Source: Candidatus Ratteibacteria bacterium
GTDB taxonomy: Bacteria; Ratteibacteria; UBA8468; B48-G9; DTJG01
DNA: 64,000 bases
Assembly: GCA_041656495.1 (NCBI GenBank)
Contig: JBBADJ010000002.1
Location: 1-64,000 of the forward strand
Direction: 5' to 3'
Shown here: positions 28,537 through 39,673 of the stretch, one piece after another
Numbering within the stretch: position 1 is the stretch's first letter
How the letters are laid out: each line of letters starts with the position of its first letter
The notes under the pieces: model-generated
The model's input: the letters and a program-made list of their open reading frames with translations, nothing else
Told to the model about the DNA's origin: nothing
Databases searched by the model: none
Position numbers and translations under genes: made by a program

Positions 28537-29596
28537 AGATATCCCCCTCGTTTGACGCTTCCCAAAGAGCGTCAAGGTTCCCCTCTATTACTGTATCAAG
28601 ACTATGTAAGGTAATGTTCAATCTGTGATCGGTTACCCGGTTCTGCGGAAAGTTATATGTTCGTATTTTCTCGCTCCGGTCGCCGCTTTTAATCTGATTT
28701 TTTCTGTCACTAGAGACCTTTTCTTGATGCTGACGCTGAATCTGCTGACTTAAACGCGCGCGAAGAATTTTCATTGCGCGAAGTTTGTTCTGCGCCTGAG
28801 ACCGTTCATCCTGACAACTTACCACAATACCGCTCGGAAGATGCGTAATCCTAACCGCGGAATAGGTGGTATTCACACTCTGTCCCCCGGCTCCCGCGGA
28901 ACAGAAGGTATCAATCTTTAAATCGCCGGGATCAATCATCACCTCATGCTCCTCTGTCTCGGGAAAGACCGCCACTGTCGCGGCCGAAGTATGAACCCTT
29001 CCTGATGATTCTGTGCGAGGAACCCGTTGAACGCGATGAACCCCTCGTTCATGTTTCAGCCATAAATAGGCATTAACGCCTTGTACCAAAAAAATCACTT
29101 CTTTGATTCCTCCAAGACCTGTGGTATGGAGATGAAGAAGCTCTAACTTCCAGCGCCGTCGCTCGGCAAACTTTCCATACATACGAAAAAGATCTTGCGC
29201 AAAGAGACTCGCTTCTTCTCCGCCGGTTCCCGCGCGTATCTCTACAAGCGCGTTTTTACGATCCTCGGGTGAAGAAAAAAAGTGTTCCTGAAGACGACGT
29301 ACTATGCTATCTTTCTCTTTCTTCAAGAGAAGTTCTTCTTCCTCCACAAGCAATTGGATCCCTTCGTCTTCTTTCAGGTCTTCAAGTTCCGTAAGTTTTT
29401 CCGAAAGTTCTCGGTACCGACGAGTATCATGAATCACCGCGGAAAGTTCTCCAATCTCTTTCACTTTCTCTCGGTACCGCGGATCTGAAACATTCTTCGG
29501 ATCTGAAAGAAACTCTGTTAGCGATTGATACTCGGTTTCAACCGAAGAAATCTTTTCACGTAAGAGATTTTCAGCCTTCAGTCTGCTTTTTACCAT
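28529..29596 (-). CDS. prfA: Peptide chain release factor 1
   Basis: GGQ motif (AGGQSVNTT), PxT-type decoding region, 355 aa. Confidence 0.85.
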   Translation of the reverse strand: MVKSRLKAENLLREKISSVETEYQSLTEFLSDPKNVSDPRYREKVKEIGELSAVIHDTRRYRELSEKLTELEDLKEDEGIQLLVEEEELLLKKEKDSIVRRLQEHFFSSPEDRKNALVEIRAGTGGEEASLFAQDLFRMYGKFAERRRWKLELLHLHTTGLGGIKEVIFLVQGVNAYLWLKHERGVHRVQRVPRTESSGRVHTSAATVAVFPETEEHEVMIDPGDLKIDTFCSAGAGGQSVNTTYSAVRITHLPSGIVVSCQDERSQAQNKLRAMKILRARLSQQIQRQHQEKVSSDRKNQIKSGDRSEKIRTYNFPQNRVTDHRLNITLHSLDTVIEGNLDALWEASNEGDIYG

Positions 29597-29783
29597 AACG
29601 CCGATTGAATTTTTCTACCATACCCGCAGTATCTACCAGTTTCTGTTTTCCAGTAAAAAATGGATGGCAATAGGAACAGATATCTACCTTGATTTCCGAT
29701 TTTGTGGAACGGGTCTGGACCACAGCGCCACATGCGCATACAATACTTGTTTTTTCATACTTTGGATGAATCTTCGCCTTCAT
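29571..29783 (-). CDS. rpmE: 50S ribosomal protein L31 (Zn-ribbon form)
   Basis: 70 aa, MKAKIHPKY... with a CxxC...CxxC pattern (CACG...CSYC). Confidence 0.8.
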   Translation of the reverse strand: MKAKIHPKYEKTSIVCACGAVVQTRSTKSEIKVDICSYCHPFFTGKQKLVDTAGMVEKFNRRYGKKQTEG

Positions 29784-30346
29784 TGCAATGCCTCCTCAAT
29801 CTCATATTCTGAAAAATCGCTTTTGGTCATTGGGTGATCTACCTCGGTAAGCCCTTCTCCTCCAAAACTTTTTATCTCTTTCCCTTCAATCAAAAGCCGT
29901 AATTTGTTTACTCCCGGATATGCTACTGCTGTATAGACTAATTGTGCAAGTCTTCCTTCCATCTCAGGCACGCCTCCTCCGGATTCTATGGTTTTGTTCA
30001 GGTCTAAATAAAGGATGTCGTCTTGAATAAAGATCCGAAGAATTTTAACATCGTTCGGAATACAGGAGATAAGTCCGGACTCTTTCTCTTCTGGCGAAGG
30101 ACCCTGCGCCAATTCCCGAAATGTCCGTTCAAGACGGGAAAGGTCTCTTCCGGAAAGACCAGGCCGACGCCGAACCTCTACAAGTACAGGTTTCCGGGAT
30201 TCGGATTTCATAAAATAGATCGTCAACGGACCTCCTGAGACCGTTCCATGACGAACCAACCAAAGTCCAAGAAGTAAGATTGCCCATAAGACCGCAAGGC
30301 TAATAAGTACAATCTTCTGAACTTTTATCCTTTTACGAGTTCCCAT
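29780..30346 (-). CDS. Membrane-anchored GerMN-domain protein
   Basis: An N-terminal TM ([20 protein letters not shown]) is followed by a GerMN-like domain (LYLDLN...[20 protein letters not shown]). Confidence 0.5.
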   Translation of the reverse strand: MGTRKRIKVQKIVLISLAVLWAILLLGLWLVRHGTVSGGPLTIYFMKSESRKPVLVEVRRRPGLSGRDLSRLERTFRELAQGPSPEEKESGLISCIPNDVKILRIFIQDDILYLDLNKTIESGGGVPEMEGRLAQLVYTAVAYPGVNKLRLLIEGKEIKSFGGEGLTEVDHPMTKSDFSEYEIEEALQ

Positions 30347-31818
30347 ATTTGAGGAATATCCTTCCCTTTTTTAAGTAGAATCATAGGGATATTATTTATT
30401 TCCGCAAAATAGCGGAGCCTCTCTTCATACTTTCCCGCGACTCCTTGTAGATGGTTTGCAGGAAAGATCTTTAAGAACTGATCAAAAGAAGCATTAAAAC
30501 GGGCATGAACATGGGGCCAGGTAGGATCGGTCTCTGCATTGATACGGTTCTGCTGGTCTATCGGAAGATCCAACGCCTCGCCGGGAATAACCACCAGAAA
30601 AGGCTTTCCATTCCATATTCCAAGCCGCGCAAAGGTAATCGGTCCTGCGGCCGCGGTAAATTCAACCGAGGCGCCACCTGCCTTAAAGTAGAATTCAAGC
30701 GCAGGATGAAAGGTGATTTTTTTATAGTTCTCTTCTGGATTACATGTGCGTGTAGCGTAATAACTGGCATGGTTCCCAGAATTACAGAGGTCCCAGAGAT
30801 CCAAATCAGGATGGTATAACCGAACATCCATAAAAAGAGTGGGAAGCCCTGCGCTGGCATATTTAAGAATTTCCATGGTAATCGCCGCAAACGCATCTGC
30901 TTCAGTTGCACACACCATGGGTTCTTTCGGACCATTCCAATCATAGGGATCGTTCATCAACATTTCAGGAATATCGCCAAGGCAAACATGTTCGGTAAGT
31001 TCCCGCTGTCCTTTTAATCCGCAAAAATCAAAACCATACTCTTCATTTACCTTCTTCATCGCGAGATAAAGACGAATCTGGGTCTTCAAGGTATCTTCTG
31101 TAAGCATTTTTCCATCATAAAGTATGCGATCCTGAAGAAGCTGTGTAAACCAAAGAAAACCTTTTTCTACCTCTGTATCTAAAATGGTCTCCATCTCTTT
31201 GACAAGAAGAAGTTGATCAATCTGCGACAAGGTGCACCCAAAAGATTGAAGAGCGGGAACAAGATGAAAATATCCTGTCTCCATTCCCATGGAATGGCCT
31301 CCGTAACAACCATACACTGAACCCCTTAAACAGGTAGAAGCCTGCGCCGCCCACAACCAATCAATAACCGCGGAAAGCACCGCGGGATCATCCATATTTC
31401 CTACGATTCTATGGGTTCTTATGCCTGCCTGTCTAAGTGCGCCATCCGAAGCAAGAAGTCCTACGTTTCCCGGAAACTTTCCATTGTTATTAGAGAGAGA
31501 AAGTATAGGAAGAGAAGGACGAAGGTTCTCAATAAAAGGCCATACAAGAAAAGGAAAATTCCAGACATTGTAACACATTATTACCTGACGACAGTCTTGC
31601 CGGGTAAATTCCGCGGCAATTTTTCTTGCCACAGGGATACTCTTTACTGTTTCAGATGCCACCACAATTTCAGGAGCGCTTCCATCAACCGCAGAACACT
31701 CTTTCTCCAATAAAGAAGCCCACTTTCTGAGAACCTCCATATTAACGGATTCGTTCTCACGATATACATGAGGACGTTCATCATTCATCATGACAAGTCC
31801 GATTCGCGTGGATTTCAT
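30325..31818 (-). CDS. L-arabinose/L-fucose isomerase-family sugar isomerase
   Basis: 497 aa. The C-terminal half resembles the AraA/FucI catalytic domain (compare FMDVRLYH with AraA FMEDYTYH). Confidence 0.5.
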   Translation of the reverse strand: MKSTRIGLVMMNDERPHVYRENESVNMEVLRKWASLLEKECSAVDGSAPEIVVASETVKSIPVARKIAAEFTRQDCRQVIMCYNVWNFPFLVWPFIENLRPSLPILSLSNNNGKFPGNVGLLASDGALRQAGIRTHRIVGNMDDPAVLSAVIDWLWAAQASTCLRGSVYGCYGGHSMGMETGYFHLVPALQSFGCTLSQIDQLLLVKEMETILDTEVEKGFLWFTQLLQDRILYDGKMLTEDTLKTQIRLYLAMKKVNEEYGFDFCGLKGQRELTEHVCLGDIPEMLMNDPYDWNGPKEPMVCATEADAFAAITMEILKYASAGLPTLFMDVRLYHPDLDLWDLCNSGNHASYYATRTCNPEENYKKITFHPALEFYFKAGGASVEFTAAAGPITFARLGIWNGKPFLVVIPGEALDLPIDQQNRINAETDPTWPHVHARFNASFDQFLKIFPANHLQGVAGKYEERLRYFAEINNIPMILLKKGKDIPQIWELVKG

Positions 31819-31848
31819 AGGATTCCTCTTCTAAAACAGATCCTTTTT

Positions 31849-34452
31849 TCAAGATCCTTCTTCTGATTCTTTTACTTCTTTTATTATACCGCAAAAAGTA
31901 AAAACGATAAACATTGCGATAGGTCTTTCGGGAAAGAGCTGAGAAAGCGCCTTGCGGTACCGCGTAAGCTGTTGAAGATCAGAATCAAAAAGATCAGGAA
32001 TCTCTCTGGTTTTGAAGTCATATAAAAAAAGCGTGCCATCTTCTTCTATTACTCTATCAATTACTCCAACCACAGGAAAACCCTCTTCCATAAGAAGAAA
32101 GGGAAGTTCGTTCCTTCCATGCGCGCAAGGAGCAACTACTTGATGTAAAGAAGGAAGAAAAAGGCTATGGATATGAGGCACAATAGAAGAAGAAGGAATA
32201 CGAAACCCTAAAGATGTACAGTATTGATCCGCAAGGTTCAGAACCGCTTCTTTCTTAAAAACAACTCTTTCTTTTCCAATGGCATCAATAAGAAGGTGTA
32301 TCAATCTTCCAAGTTCCGCGGGTTCAAGATTCGGAAAAGAAAGATGAGAAACCTCATTGTCGGGAAAGGGTTGTTCCCGTGGAATCAAAGGCTCTGCTTC
32401 TAGTACAGCAGGAGAAAAATCTCTACGAGCCACAGAAGAAAAAGCAGGTGGAGAAAACTCTTCTACATACGGAGAAAGAAGGTCGTTCCATACACTTTTT
32501 TTGTTATGGCCAGTAATCACAAGACCCTGCTTAGCGCGAGTAAGCGCCACATACAGAAGGCGTTTCTCTTCATCTTTTCCTTCTTCTTCATATCCTTTCT
32601 TAAACTCTTTCTCTGCCTCTTCTTTCAGGATAAATTCATATTCTGAAGAACTGTTCTGTAAACGACGATATAAGAATGGATCTTTTGAAGAGACCCTGGA
32701 CTGTTCAGTGCCAGTAAGAAATACTACTGGAAACTCAAGACCTTTTGAAGCATGTACGGTAAGTATGCGAACCGCATCCTCTTCTTCGGAAAAGATGTCT
32801 GCCTTCTCTTCCTTCTCCGATGGATCACTGCGAAGACTCAAAGAGAGTTTGAAAAAAGAAAGATGTTGAAAATCTGAAATCATTACGAGAAACTTCTCTG
32901 CGTTCGCCTTCTCCATTTCACTGGCAGATTCCCAAAATCCAATAGTACGGAGAATCTCTTCAAGAAGAAGACCAGGAAACTTTCTGGAAAGTTCTTTGCG
33001 ATAGAAGAGAAGAAAATCTCTAGAAATAGAAAAACGGGATTGACGAAGAAGCCAACAAGAAAAGGTATCTGACGGATCGTTCAAGGCGAAAACTAAAGAA
33101 AGAAGAAAGAGGATTTCCGGCTGGCGATAAAATCCGATACCTTTCAGGTTTACAAAGGGAATACCGCTCTTGTCTAATATCTTTTCAAGGGATTCAAGGT
33201 GGGTGCGGCTTCTCATCATTATCGCGATGTCGCGGTAAGATAAAGGGCGAGATTCTGCGCCAGCACGGTCAAGAATAGAAAAGTCCGATGATAAAAGATG
33301 ATGAATTCTCTCTGAAATCCAATGGTATTCTTCCGTCTTTGCGTTAGATCTTGAAAGATCTCCTGAAATCATCTTGATTTCAATAAAAGAATCTATTTCC
33401 GCAGGAATCTGATCCCATACTTCAAGACGTTGTTGCAAGGGAATCATTTTCTCAAACACTCTGTTGACAAAATGAACAATCAATGGAGCGCTTCGTCTGC
33501 TTATTGTAAGGTATTCGCGTACTTTAGAAGAGAGGAAAAACGCGTCTGCCACAGAAAAAATTTCGCTTTCTGCACCGCGAAAGCGGTAGATTGATTGTTT
33601 TCTATCTCCCACAATAAAAATACCGTAGGGTCTTCCTGTATCTGCTTTTGATCCTTCTCCAGAGATCCATTCCCGTGAAAATTCCCGAAGGATGTTCCAT
33701 TGAAGAAGGTTGGTATCCTGAAACTCGTCCACAAAAAGAAAATCAATTGATTCGTCAAAATCGTAAAGAACATTCAATGCTTCGGGATTCTCTGAAATCA
33801 AACGCCATGCAAGTATTTCAAGATCGTTAAAATCAAGGATGCCTTCTTCTTGCTTGATACGCTGATACTCTCGGTCCACTACCCTGTAAAGCCGAAGAAT
33901 CTTTTCGGTAAGATCGCATCCGGGAGAACCAAGAATCACCTGGGGATGAGTTTGCCGCAAGGCAGAGATTCTTTGAAGAAGAGTCTTGATGTTCATATCT
34001 TTTCCGAGGATCTCGTTTAACTCTTCCACAGAGACTGTGGAATCTTCAAGAAATAGACGGGTCGCTTCCCGAAAGGCAAGGCCCGCGGAAAATTGGTCGG
34101 CAACCTCAAAAAAAGGGTTGAGTCCGGCAATCCCGCTGAAACGGGAAAGAATGGTTCTGCAAAAAGAATGAATCGTGGAGATCCTCAGCATAAAGAGCGC
34201 GTTTTCAAATTCAATATAAAGGTGCGGATCGCCTTTCGCACGCGCCACAAGAGCAGGCAAAAAGACTGATACAATCCGTTCCCGAAGTTCACACGCCGCC
34301 GCCTCAGAGAAGGTAACCGCAAGAGATCGGCGTATCTTTCGGGAGAGATCGCCCCCTTCCATAAGGTGCATAAATTCCGATACAAGCCGATAGGTCTTTC
34401 CGGTTCCCGCGGAAGCCTCTATAAGAATCGCGGTAAAAAAGCTATTATTCAT
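31849..34452 (-). CDS. addA: AddA/UvrD-family helicase with a C-terminal RecB-type nuclease
   Basis: Walker A AGTGKTY, UvrD-like helicase motifs, and a C-terminal GVIDRV...YDFKT PD-(D/E)xK nuclease motif. Confidence 0.7.
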   Translation of the reverse strand: MNNSFFTAILIEASAGTGKTYRLVSEFMHLMEGGDLSRKIRRSLAVTFSEAAACELRERIVSVFLPALVARAKGDPHLYIEFENALFMLRISTIHSFCRTILSRFSGIAGLNPFFEVADQFSAGLAFREATRLFLEDSTVSVEELNEILGKDMNIKTLLQRISALRQTHPQVILGSPGCDLTEKILRLYRVVDREYQRIKQEEGILDFNDLEILAWRLISENPEALNVLYDFDESIDFLFVDEFQDTNLLQWNILREFSREWISGEGSKADTGRPYGIFIVGDRKQSIYRFRGAESEIFSVADAFFLSSKVREYLTISRRSAPLIVHFVNRVFEKMIPLQQRLEVWDQIPAEIDSFIEIKMISGDLSRSNAKTEEYHWISERIHHLLSSDFSILDRAGAESRPLSYRDIAIMMRSRTHLESLEKILDKSGIPFVNLKGIGFYRQPEILFLLSLVFALNDPSDTFSCWLLRQSRFSISRDFLLFYRKELSRKFPGLLLEEILRTIGFWESASEMEKANAEKFLVMISDFQHLSFFKLSLSLRSDPSEKEEKADIFSEEEDAVRILTVHASKGLEFPVVFLTGTEQSRVSSKDPFLYRRLQNSSSEYEFILKEEAEKEFKKGYEEEGKDEEKRLLYVALTRAKQGLVITGHNKKSVWNDLLSPYVEEFSPPAFSSVARRDFSPAVLEAEPLIPREQPFPDNEVSHLSFPNLEPAELGRLIHLLIDAIGKERVVFKKEAVLNLADQYCTSLGFRIPSSSIVPHIHSLFLPSLHQVVAPCAHGRNELPFLLMEEGFPVVGVIDRVIEEDGTLFLYDFKTREIPDLFDSDLQQLTRYRKALSQLFPERPIAMFIVFTFCGIIKEVKESEEGS

Positions 34453-37106
34453 TATCGTTCAGGACAAAAATCAAAAAAAGAACATCCAAAACAAGATTGT
34501 TTATTTCCGGAAAACGCAAATTGTTCGTTAGCAAGATTCTCGCCAAGCTCTTCTATCTGTTCAGAAAAAAGATCTTGAAATCTCGTAAAGTTTTTGTAGG
34601 TATGCTCTCCCTTCGCAGAATCCTTAAGCTGAAAAGAAAGAAGCCAAATCTTCATTGAGGGATCTCTTCCATAACAATCCTTTGCCGCAAGAGAGTACAG
34701 AAGCATCTGAATATCTTTTAAGTCAAAAAGATTATGGCTTTCAAGGAATTTTGTCGCTGGCGCTTCTGGCGCCGTTCTTCCTGTTTTAAGATCAATGATA
34801 GAAAGGGAGCCGTCGCCGCATTCTTCCACTCTGTCAAACTTCATCGTAAGAGAAAAGTTTCCTCTCCGCCACACCTGAGAAGATTCCACTCCTATCACCT
34901 TACAAAAACGATGAGAAAGAAGAAGAGTATATAAAAGATCGCAGATTCTTTCAAGACGAGAAAGAAGAGCTCTTCTTACTAAAGGAGAAAAGTTGAAGTT
35001 CTTAACTTCATACCTTGGATCCAAACGGATCCCTGCTTGGTCCCGAAAGATTTGAAGAAGATCCTCTGGCGGATAGAAAGGGTCCTGAAGCGCCTTTCTA
35101 TTCATTGCTTCAAAGGCCTCGTGAATAAGGGTTCCCCAAGAAGCGGGAAGTTCTTCTACCTCTGGAAGTATATAGGCAGAAATGCCTTCAATAGATTCAA
35201 GATAAAAACGGTACGGACAGCGAATAAGACTGTTCAAACCAGTAGCGGAAAGTTCAATGATACCATCTCTCACAAAGCAATCAAGAAACCGAGATCTGTC
35301 CGGTGAACCCGAAAACATAGAGAGAGAAGAAGGGGAAACAAGAGATCTAAAAGAACCCAGGGATTCAGGAACATGGTAGAGTAAAAATGATTTGGTCTTT
35401 GGAACGCCCGCCACTTTTGCCGGAAGAGTAAAGGTAATAGCCTTTCCAAGAGAACGTAACCTGTAAAGATCAAGGCGTTCTCGCGCAAGACGCAAAGAAA
35501 GGGAAGAGAGTCCTAATTGTGATTTCAGCGCATCAGGCATAAAAAACTCTCTTTGAGAAGGAGCCATAGGAAGATCTTCAGAAGTAGCTCCTCCATACCA
35601 TACCAAACGCGCTTCAACACCACCGGAATCAAGTACTCCCATAACCCTGATACCTTCACCGGTAAATTCTTCAATTTCAATCAGGTTAATAGCATGTTTC
35701 AAAAGCCGGACATACATTGTGCGCGTGATTAATTCATCTCCTTCAAGAGCACGCAAAATCGTACGAAGCCAGACTCCTGTCTCCTTTCTAAAAGGATGCC
35801 AGCCAAGGGAATGAAGAATCTTTAGAAGGGTATCGCTAAAAAAAGAGATCGTATGAGAACCAGAAAAGGTTCGGATACCGGAATCTTCTAATTTCCGAAC
35901 ATTCTTCCATTGCCGAAGCCATCCGCGAGAAGGAAAAAAGCCCGCTCCTTCAAATTCAGTCCTTCCTCTTTGTGAAAATTCCTCTGTTTCCACTGCGTCA
36001 AAAGAGAAGAAAGAAGTTGAAAAAAGTGCCATCAAAGATCTCCAGTTTGAAGATTCTATATATTCAAAAAGGGAAAAGATTGCCACAATGGAAGGATCAG
36101 TATGAAGAAAATAGCCGGGTGTTAAACGGAAAGGAAGGTTTTTTCGTGTAAAAATACGTTCCACAATATCGCGATAGTAGGGCATTTTAGGAAAAATGAC
36201 TAAAAGATCCTGAGAAGCAAAACCAGAGTCCATAGAGGATTGAAGCATATCGGCAATACCAGAAACCTCTTCTTCCGGAGAAGAAAAAATAACGACTTTC
36301 TCCTCTTTTTCAGGAACAGGAAGAGGTATTGTGCGAACTGTTACTTCGGGAAGCGAAGAAAAAAATTGAAGCGCGGGCTGTATAATACGGTCTGCGGCAT
36401 CCGCAGGAACGTGCGGATCCTTGTGACAGGTTACCACAAAAGAAGCGGAATGTTCTGCAAGAGAAGAGAAAAAAGACTTCTGATGAGGAAGAATTTCTAG
36501 GACTCCGTCTATAAGAAGATTGCCGACAGAATCTTTTGATAATAGATCCGCGGCAAGAATATAGAGATCATCTTCATCGGCAAGGGATTCTTTAGAAAGA
36601 ACCTTCTGATACTCTTCCATCACGGTAAATGCCCATAAAAGAAGTTCCTTGTTGTGTGGGTACGCCCAATGAAAATTAGAGGCGGCTTCTCGGAAAAAAT
36701 CTAAAGAAAAAAGGGGGTATGAGATCTTACATTCTTTGATAAGAGAAGAAAGGTTCTCGCAAAGCGCCGCAAGATCCATATCAGGAAGAGGAGAAGTTCT
36801 GGAAGAAATCCGGTAAAGAAGAAGAAATTTTTCAATCGGAGAAAGAATATGAACCTTTCTATGAAGAGATACAGTCTTTATTGCAAACTCTTTAATGGTG
36901 GCAATTTCTGGAAGAATAAGAGGAGTACGTCCTTCTTCGCAGGCGCGAAGATAAAAATCTTCAATACGGGTGCGATGTGCCGTAAGAAAGAGCCAAGAGG
37001 AAAGATCGTTGCCTTTCGGAAAAATATGCTCAAAAAGCCAACGGGTGCGTCCCGGAAAAAAGAAAGGGAAGAGAAGAACTTCTCGGGAAGAAACAGTAAC
37101 ATCCAT
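34452..37106 (-). CDS. addB: AddB-like helicase-nuclease subunit with a C-terminal RecB-fold nuclease and Cys cluster
   Basis: 884 aa, immediately upstream of addA with abutting coordinates. C-terminal IDLKTG plus CFGCSFFDFC (Fe-S-type Cys motif) and a degenerate N-terminal helicase region. Confidence 0.65.
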   Translation of the reverse strand: MDVTVSSREVLLFPFFFPGRTRWLFEHIFPKGNDLSSWLFLTAHRTRIEDFYLRACEEGRTPLILPEIATIKEFAIKTVSLHRKVHILSPIEKFLLLYRISSRTSPLPDMDLAALCENLSSLIKECKISYPLFSLDFFREAASNFHWAYPHNKELLLWAFTVMEEYQKVLSKESLADEDDLYILAADLLSKDSVGNLLIDGVLEILPHQKSFFSSLAEHSASFVVTCHKDPHVPADAADRIIQPALQFFSSLPEVTVRTIPLPVPEKEEKVVIFSSPEEEVSGIADMLQSSMDSGFASQDLLVIFPKMPYYRDIVERIFTRKNLPFRLTPGYFLHTDPSIVAIFSLFEYIESSNWRSLMALFSTSFFSFDAVETEEFSQRGRTEFEGAGFFPSRGWLRQWKNVRKLEDSGIRTFSGSHTISFFSDTLLKILHSLGWHPFRKETGVWLRTILRALEGDELITRTMYVRLLKHAINLIEIEEFTGEGIRVMGVLDSGGVEARLVWYGGATSEDLPMAPSQREFFMPDALKSQLGLSSLSLRLARERLDLYRLRSLGKAITFTLPAKVAGVPKTKSFLLYHVPESLGSFRSLVSPSSLSMFSGSPDRSRFLDCFVRDGIIELSATGLNSLIRCPYRFYLESIEGISAYILPEVEELPASWGTLIHEAFEAMNRKALQDPFYPPEDLLQIFRDQAGIRLDPRYEVKNFNFSPLVRRALLSRLERICDLLYTLLLSHRFCKVIGVESSQVWRRGNFSLTMKFDRVEECGDGSLSIIDLKTGRTAPEAPATKFLESHNLFDLKDIQMLLYSLAAKDCYGRDPSMKIWLLSFQLKDSAKGEHTYKNFTRFQDLFSEQIEELGENLANEQFAFSGNKQSCFGCSFFDFCPER

Positions 37107-37123
37107 AATGATTCAGAAAGAAA

Positions 37124-37804
37124 TTAACTCGCTTCAGGATACTCGTTGCACAGAAACCTGTACGGCTCTTCATCCTCTTCTATCTCGGGGAATCTGCCTA
37201 TTGGATCAAAAAAATAGTTGTCGGTTTCATCATCGTTACTACTGGATACCTCGCCTAATAATGTTATGCCCGTTCCTTCTTCAACCCAAAATTCATGATA
37301 CAGGCCGCGAAATATGGTAATGCTTTCTCCAGAACGAAGAGAGACCACTTCACCGGGACGAAATTGACGAGAGACACCATCCATAGAAAAAGAGCCTGGT
37401 TCTGAAGAAAATTTGCCGTCAGGAGTAGAGCCGTAAAGTTGTACGAAGAGAGTGCCGCCTCCACGGTTAATGATATCTTCCATCTTCTCTGTATGGTAAT
37501 GCATTGGCGTTTTTTGACCAGGCTGTACGATAAGGATTTTTTCTGCATAGGGTTTCTGCCACTTGATATTAGTTGCGCTTCCATTTCGTATGGTAAAAAG
37601 AACAAGACCAAAAGCAGAAAAATCTCCTTTTCCAAAATCTGTAATGTCCCATCCAAGACGGTTCTCGCGTATCTCGTCCGCTTCAGTTCCTTTCTTCTCC
37701 CAATCTAACGGAGTCCATACAGCAAAAGGCGGAAGATGAAAATTTTGTAATCTAAGGAATTCTTCTGCTTCACAAAGAATCTTATTTATTTCAGAGCGTT
37801 TCAT
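37124..37804 (-). CDS. Cupin-fold D-lyxose/D-mannose ketol-isomerase-like protein
   Basis: 226 aa with the cupin metal motif region PMHYHTEKMEDIINRGGG... Confidence 0.45.
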   Translation of the reverse strand: MKRSEINKILCEAEEFLRLQNFHLPPFAVWTPLDWEKKGTEADEIRENRLGWDITDFGKGDFSAFGLVLFTIRNGSATNIKWQKPYAEKILIVQPGQKTPMHYHTEKMEDIINRGGGTLFVQLYGSTPDGKFSSEPGSFSMDGVSRQFRPGEVVSLRSGESITIFRGLYHEFWVEEGTGITLLGEVSSSNDDETDNYFFDPIGRFPEIEEDEEPYRFLCNEYPEAS

Positions 37805-37840
37805 GGTTCCTCCTAAAAAATCACGCGCTATCGTAATGGT

Positions 37841-38509
37841 TCAAAAAACTCCCTTCTCTGCCATGCTGAAGAATCCATGTAAAGATACAATAACATGGTC
37901 AAGAAGATCTATGCCAAGAATTTTGCCTGCCTCTGCGAGGCGCCGAGTTACCCGGATATCTTCATCAGAGGGATCTAAATTTCCAGAAGGATGATTATGA
38001 GAGACAATAATATGCGCGGCATTCTCACGGATAGCTGGTTCAAAAACCTCACGGGGATGGACAAGGTTTGCAGAAAGGGTTCCTATGGAAATAATAGTGC
38101 GCCTAATCTCTTGATTCTTTACATTAAGAAAAAAAGCGGTGAAATATTCTTTTTTTTCTCCCCGAAGATCTGTCATTCTATTCCATACATCGCGAGGAGA
38201 AAGAAGAAGCGAGGCCTCCTTTCCTCCAATAAGCCGACGGGAAAGTTCAAAAGAAGCTACTAACATACAGGCCTTCCGAGGACCAAGATCAGAAGAGAGA
38301 AATCCTGAACAATCTACTTCCGCAAGGGTTTCTCCGGGAAATTTCCTGATAAGACGAGCCGCAATATTCAAGACGGTTTCTTTACGTGTACCAGAACCGA
38401 GAATCACTGCGAGCAATTCTTCGGAAGAAAGGCGTTCAGGACCATATTTCATCAGTTTTTCTCTGGGTCGGTCTAAAACCTCAAGTTCTTTTACCTTTCG
38501 GCGTTTCAT
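37841..38509 (-). CDS. radC: RadC-like JAB/MPN domain protein
   Basis: JAMM motif HNHPSG and an N-terminal helix-hairpin-helix region (LLAVILGSGTRKE). Confidence 0.8.
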   Translation of the reverse strand: MKRRKVKELEVLDRPREKLMKYGPERLSSEELLAVILGSGTRKETVLNIAARLIRKFPGETLAEVDCSGFLSSDLGPRKACMLVASFELSRRLIGGKEASLLLSPRDVWNRMTDLRGEKKEYFTAFFLNVKNQEIRRTIISIGTLSANLVHPREVFEPAIRENAAHIIVSHNHPSGNLDPSDEDIRVTRRLAEAGKILGIDLLDHVIVSLHGFFSMAEKGVF

Positions 38510-38717
38510 AATTGTAGTATAATGGAACTCTCTTTATTCTTCAAATATCTATGCTTCTCTAATAAAAAAAAGAAGGGCTATGCTATTTGACACGAAAAAG
38601 AATGCAGGATATTCTGAACCTCTTCATTCTATGTAGGAGATGAAGATTCTTCAAAAATCAGCGCCACTGGTTCAGAGGGATGAAACATCATAGAACTCTA
38701 AAGAAAAGAGAAGAAAA

Positions 38718-39638
38718 ATGCATGATATGATAATCCTTATTATCGGGCTTGTATGCGCGGGCGTTGGCGGAGAACTCTTTGTTAGAGGACTTGTAGGAAT
38801 TGCCTTTATTGCAGGCATTTCTGCAGGGATTGTCGGAGCCACAGTGAGTGCATTCGCTACATCCAGTCCAGAGCTTTTTGTAGGAGTTTCTGCCGCCCTT
38901 TCTCATGCGCCGCATATCTCGTTTGGAAACATTCTCGGCGCCAATGTGGTAAATATAGTCATGGTGCTCGGATTAACGCTGACATTAACAGGAAGTATCC
39001 GTGGCTCTATTACTGATATAAAACGAGACCTCTCAATTGCCTTTCTTGCTCCTGTAATCACAGGAATTCTTCTTCTTGACGGAACACTCTCTCGTATAGA
39101 TGGCGTTATTATGCTTGCGATCTTTTTTCTGTGGATAGCAACAGTACTACGGGATCTAAGAAAAGAACGACTTACTTCAAAAAGTTCTCTGCAAAAAAGT
39201 AATCCACGCATTACACTCATTTACAGCGCCATCGGACTTGCTCTTCTCTTCGGAGCGGGAAAATTTATCATTTCCGGAGCACGGGGAATTGCCATTTCTC
39301 TTGGCTGGAGCGAATTTATTATTGGACAGATTATTGTCGCGATTGGAACCACTATTCCGGAACTTGCGACCACGCTTATTTCAAGGATTCGCGGCCATGA
39401 TGAGGTAGGGCTTGGAACTGTTATGGGAAGCAATATTTTCAATGGACTCTTTATAGTAGGAATTGTTGCCATACTCTCACCGATTTCTATCTCCCTTACT
39501 GCCGCAGGAAAAGCGCTTCTTGCCGGAATAATCGCAATTGCACTGATTATTCCTTCAAAAAAGGGAAGATTGGGAAGAGTGCGAGGCGGAGTTCTTCTTC
39601 TCTTTTATATTCTTTATATTGTTATTACTTTTCAATAA
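38718..39638 (+). CDS. Ca2+/Na+ antiporter (CaCA family, YrbG-like)
   Basis: Two alpha-repeat signatures, GNILGANVVNI and GTTIPELATT, in a polytopic membrane protein. Confidence 0.8.
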   Translation: MHDMIILIIGLVCAGVGGELFVRGLVGIAFIAGISAGIVGATVSAFATSSPELFVGVSAALSHAPHISFGNILGANVVNIVMVLGLTLTLTGSIRGSITDIKRDLSIAFLAPVITGILLLDGTLSRIDGVIMLAIFFLWIATVLRDLRKERLTSKSSLQKSNPRITLIYSAIGLALLFGAGKFIISGARGIAISLGWSEFIIGQIIVAIGTTIPELATTLISRIRGHDEVGLGTVMGSNIFNGLFIVGIVAILSPISISLTAAGKALLAGIIAIALIIPSKKGRLGRVRGGVLLLFYILYIVITFQ

Positions 39639-39673
39639 AGAGAAAAAAAATCGTAATAATAAAGAAAGTAAAA